The translations under genes were made by a program, and so were the position numbers. This document shows, one piece after another, positions 13,855-13,979 of a stretch of 13,979 nt of DNA. Positions within the stretch are counted from its first letter, which is position 1. Each line of letters opens with the position of its first letter. The DNA is from Gemmatimonadales bacterium (lineage in GTDB: Bacteria; Gemmatimonadota; Gemmatimonadetes; Gemmatimonadales; GWC2-71-9), in contig JBDIWC010000077.1 in assembly GCA_039794085.1 (NCBI GenBank), positions 1-13,979 on the forward strand. Direction: 5' to 3'. The notes below the pieces were generated by a model, which ran no database searches, was not told the origin of the DNA, and saw nothing but the letters and a program-made list of their open reading frames with translations.

Positions 13855-13979
13855 CTAAACCACTACCGGCTGGAAGCCGGTAGGTTCACGGAGTTTCGTG
13901 AGCGACGGACTGAAGTCCTTCGCTCACGACGGTGTCACACGAAAGTTCTCGTCCCCGTCCCCAGGTTCCGTACCCTCCT
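13855..13979. mobile_element. possible IS200/IS605-type element end or REP-like tandem hairpins (partial)
   Basis: Hairpins CTACCGGC-tggaa-GCCGGTAG (13863-13883) and TCGTGAGCGA-c-GGAC-tgaa-GTCC-t-TCGCTCACGA (13896-13929) start where ArsR-like coding ends; no transposase within the window. Confidence 0.45.

Overview
GC-rich bacterial window. The gene content and Gln-initial secreted proteins are consistent with Gemmatimonadota/FCB group (inference). Left part: a Uma2 (DUF820) endonuclease gene among heptamer tandem repeats and palindromes, a stand-alone CheA-P1-like HPt protein, a small outer-membrane protein and a secreted DUF5117/DUF4953-type zinc metalloprotease. Right part: a ~7.5 kb minus-strand block bracketed by a 66-bp direct repeat (65/66 identical) of the 5' coding part of an ArsR-type HTH gene. 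The block carries a porin with a Pho-box-like promoter, a CMD-family gene remnant and a three-gene molybdoenzyme operon in B-C-A order. Its Fe-S subunit fuses a polyferredoxin to an internal Tat-lipoprotein-like signal and a PsrB/TtrB-type domain. Its Psr/Ttr/Arr-type catalytic subunit has a non-canonical FS0 motif. The right ArsR copy is frameshifted and followed by IS200/IS605- or REP-like hairpins. All family assignments come from motif recognition by eye; no database search was run.
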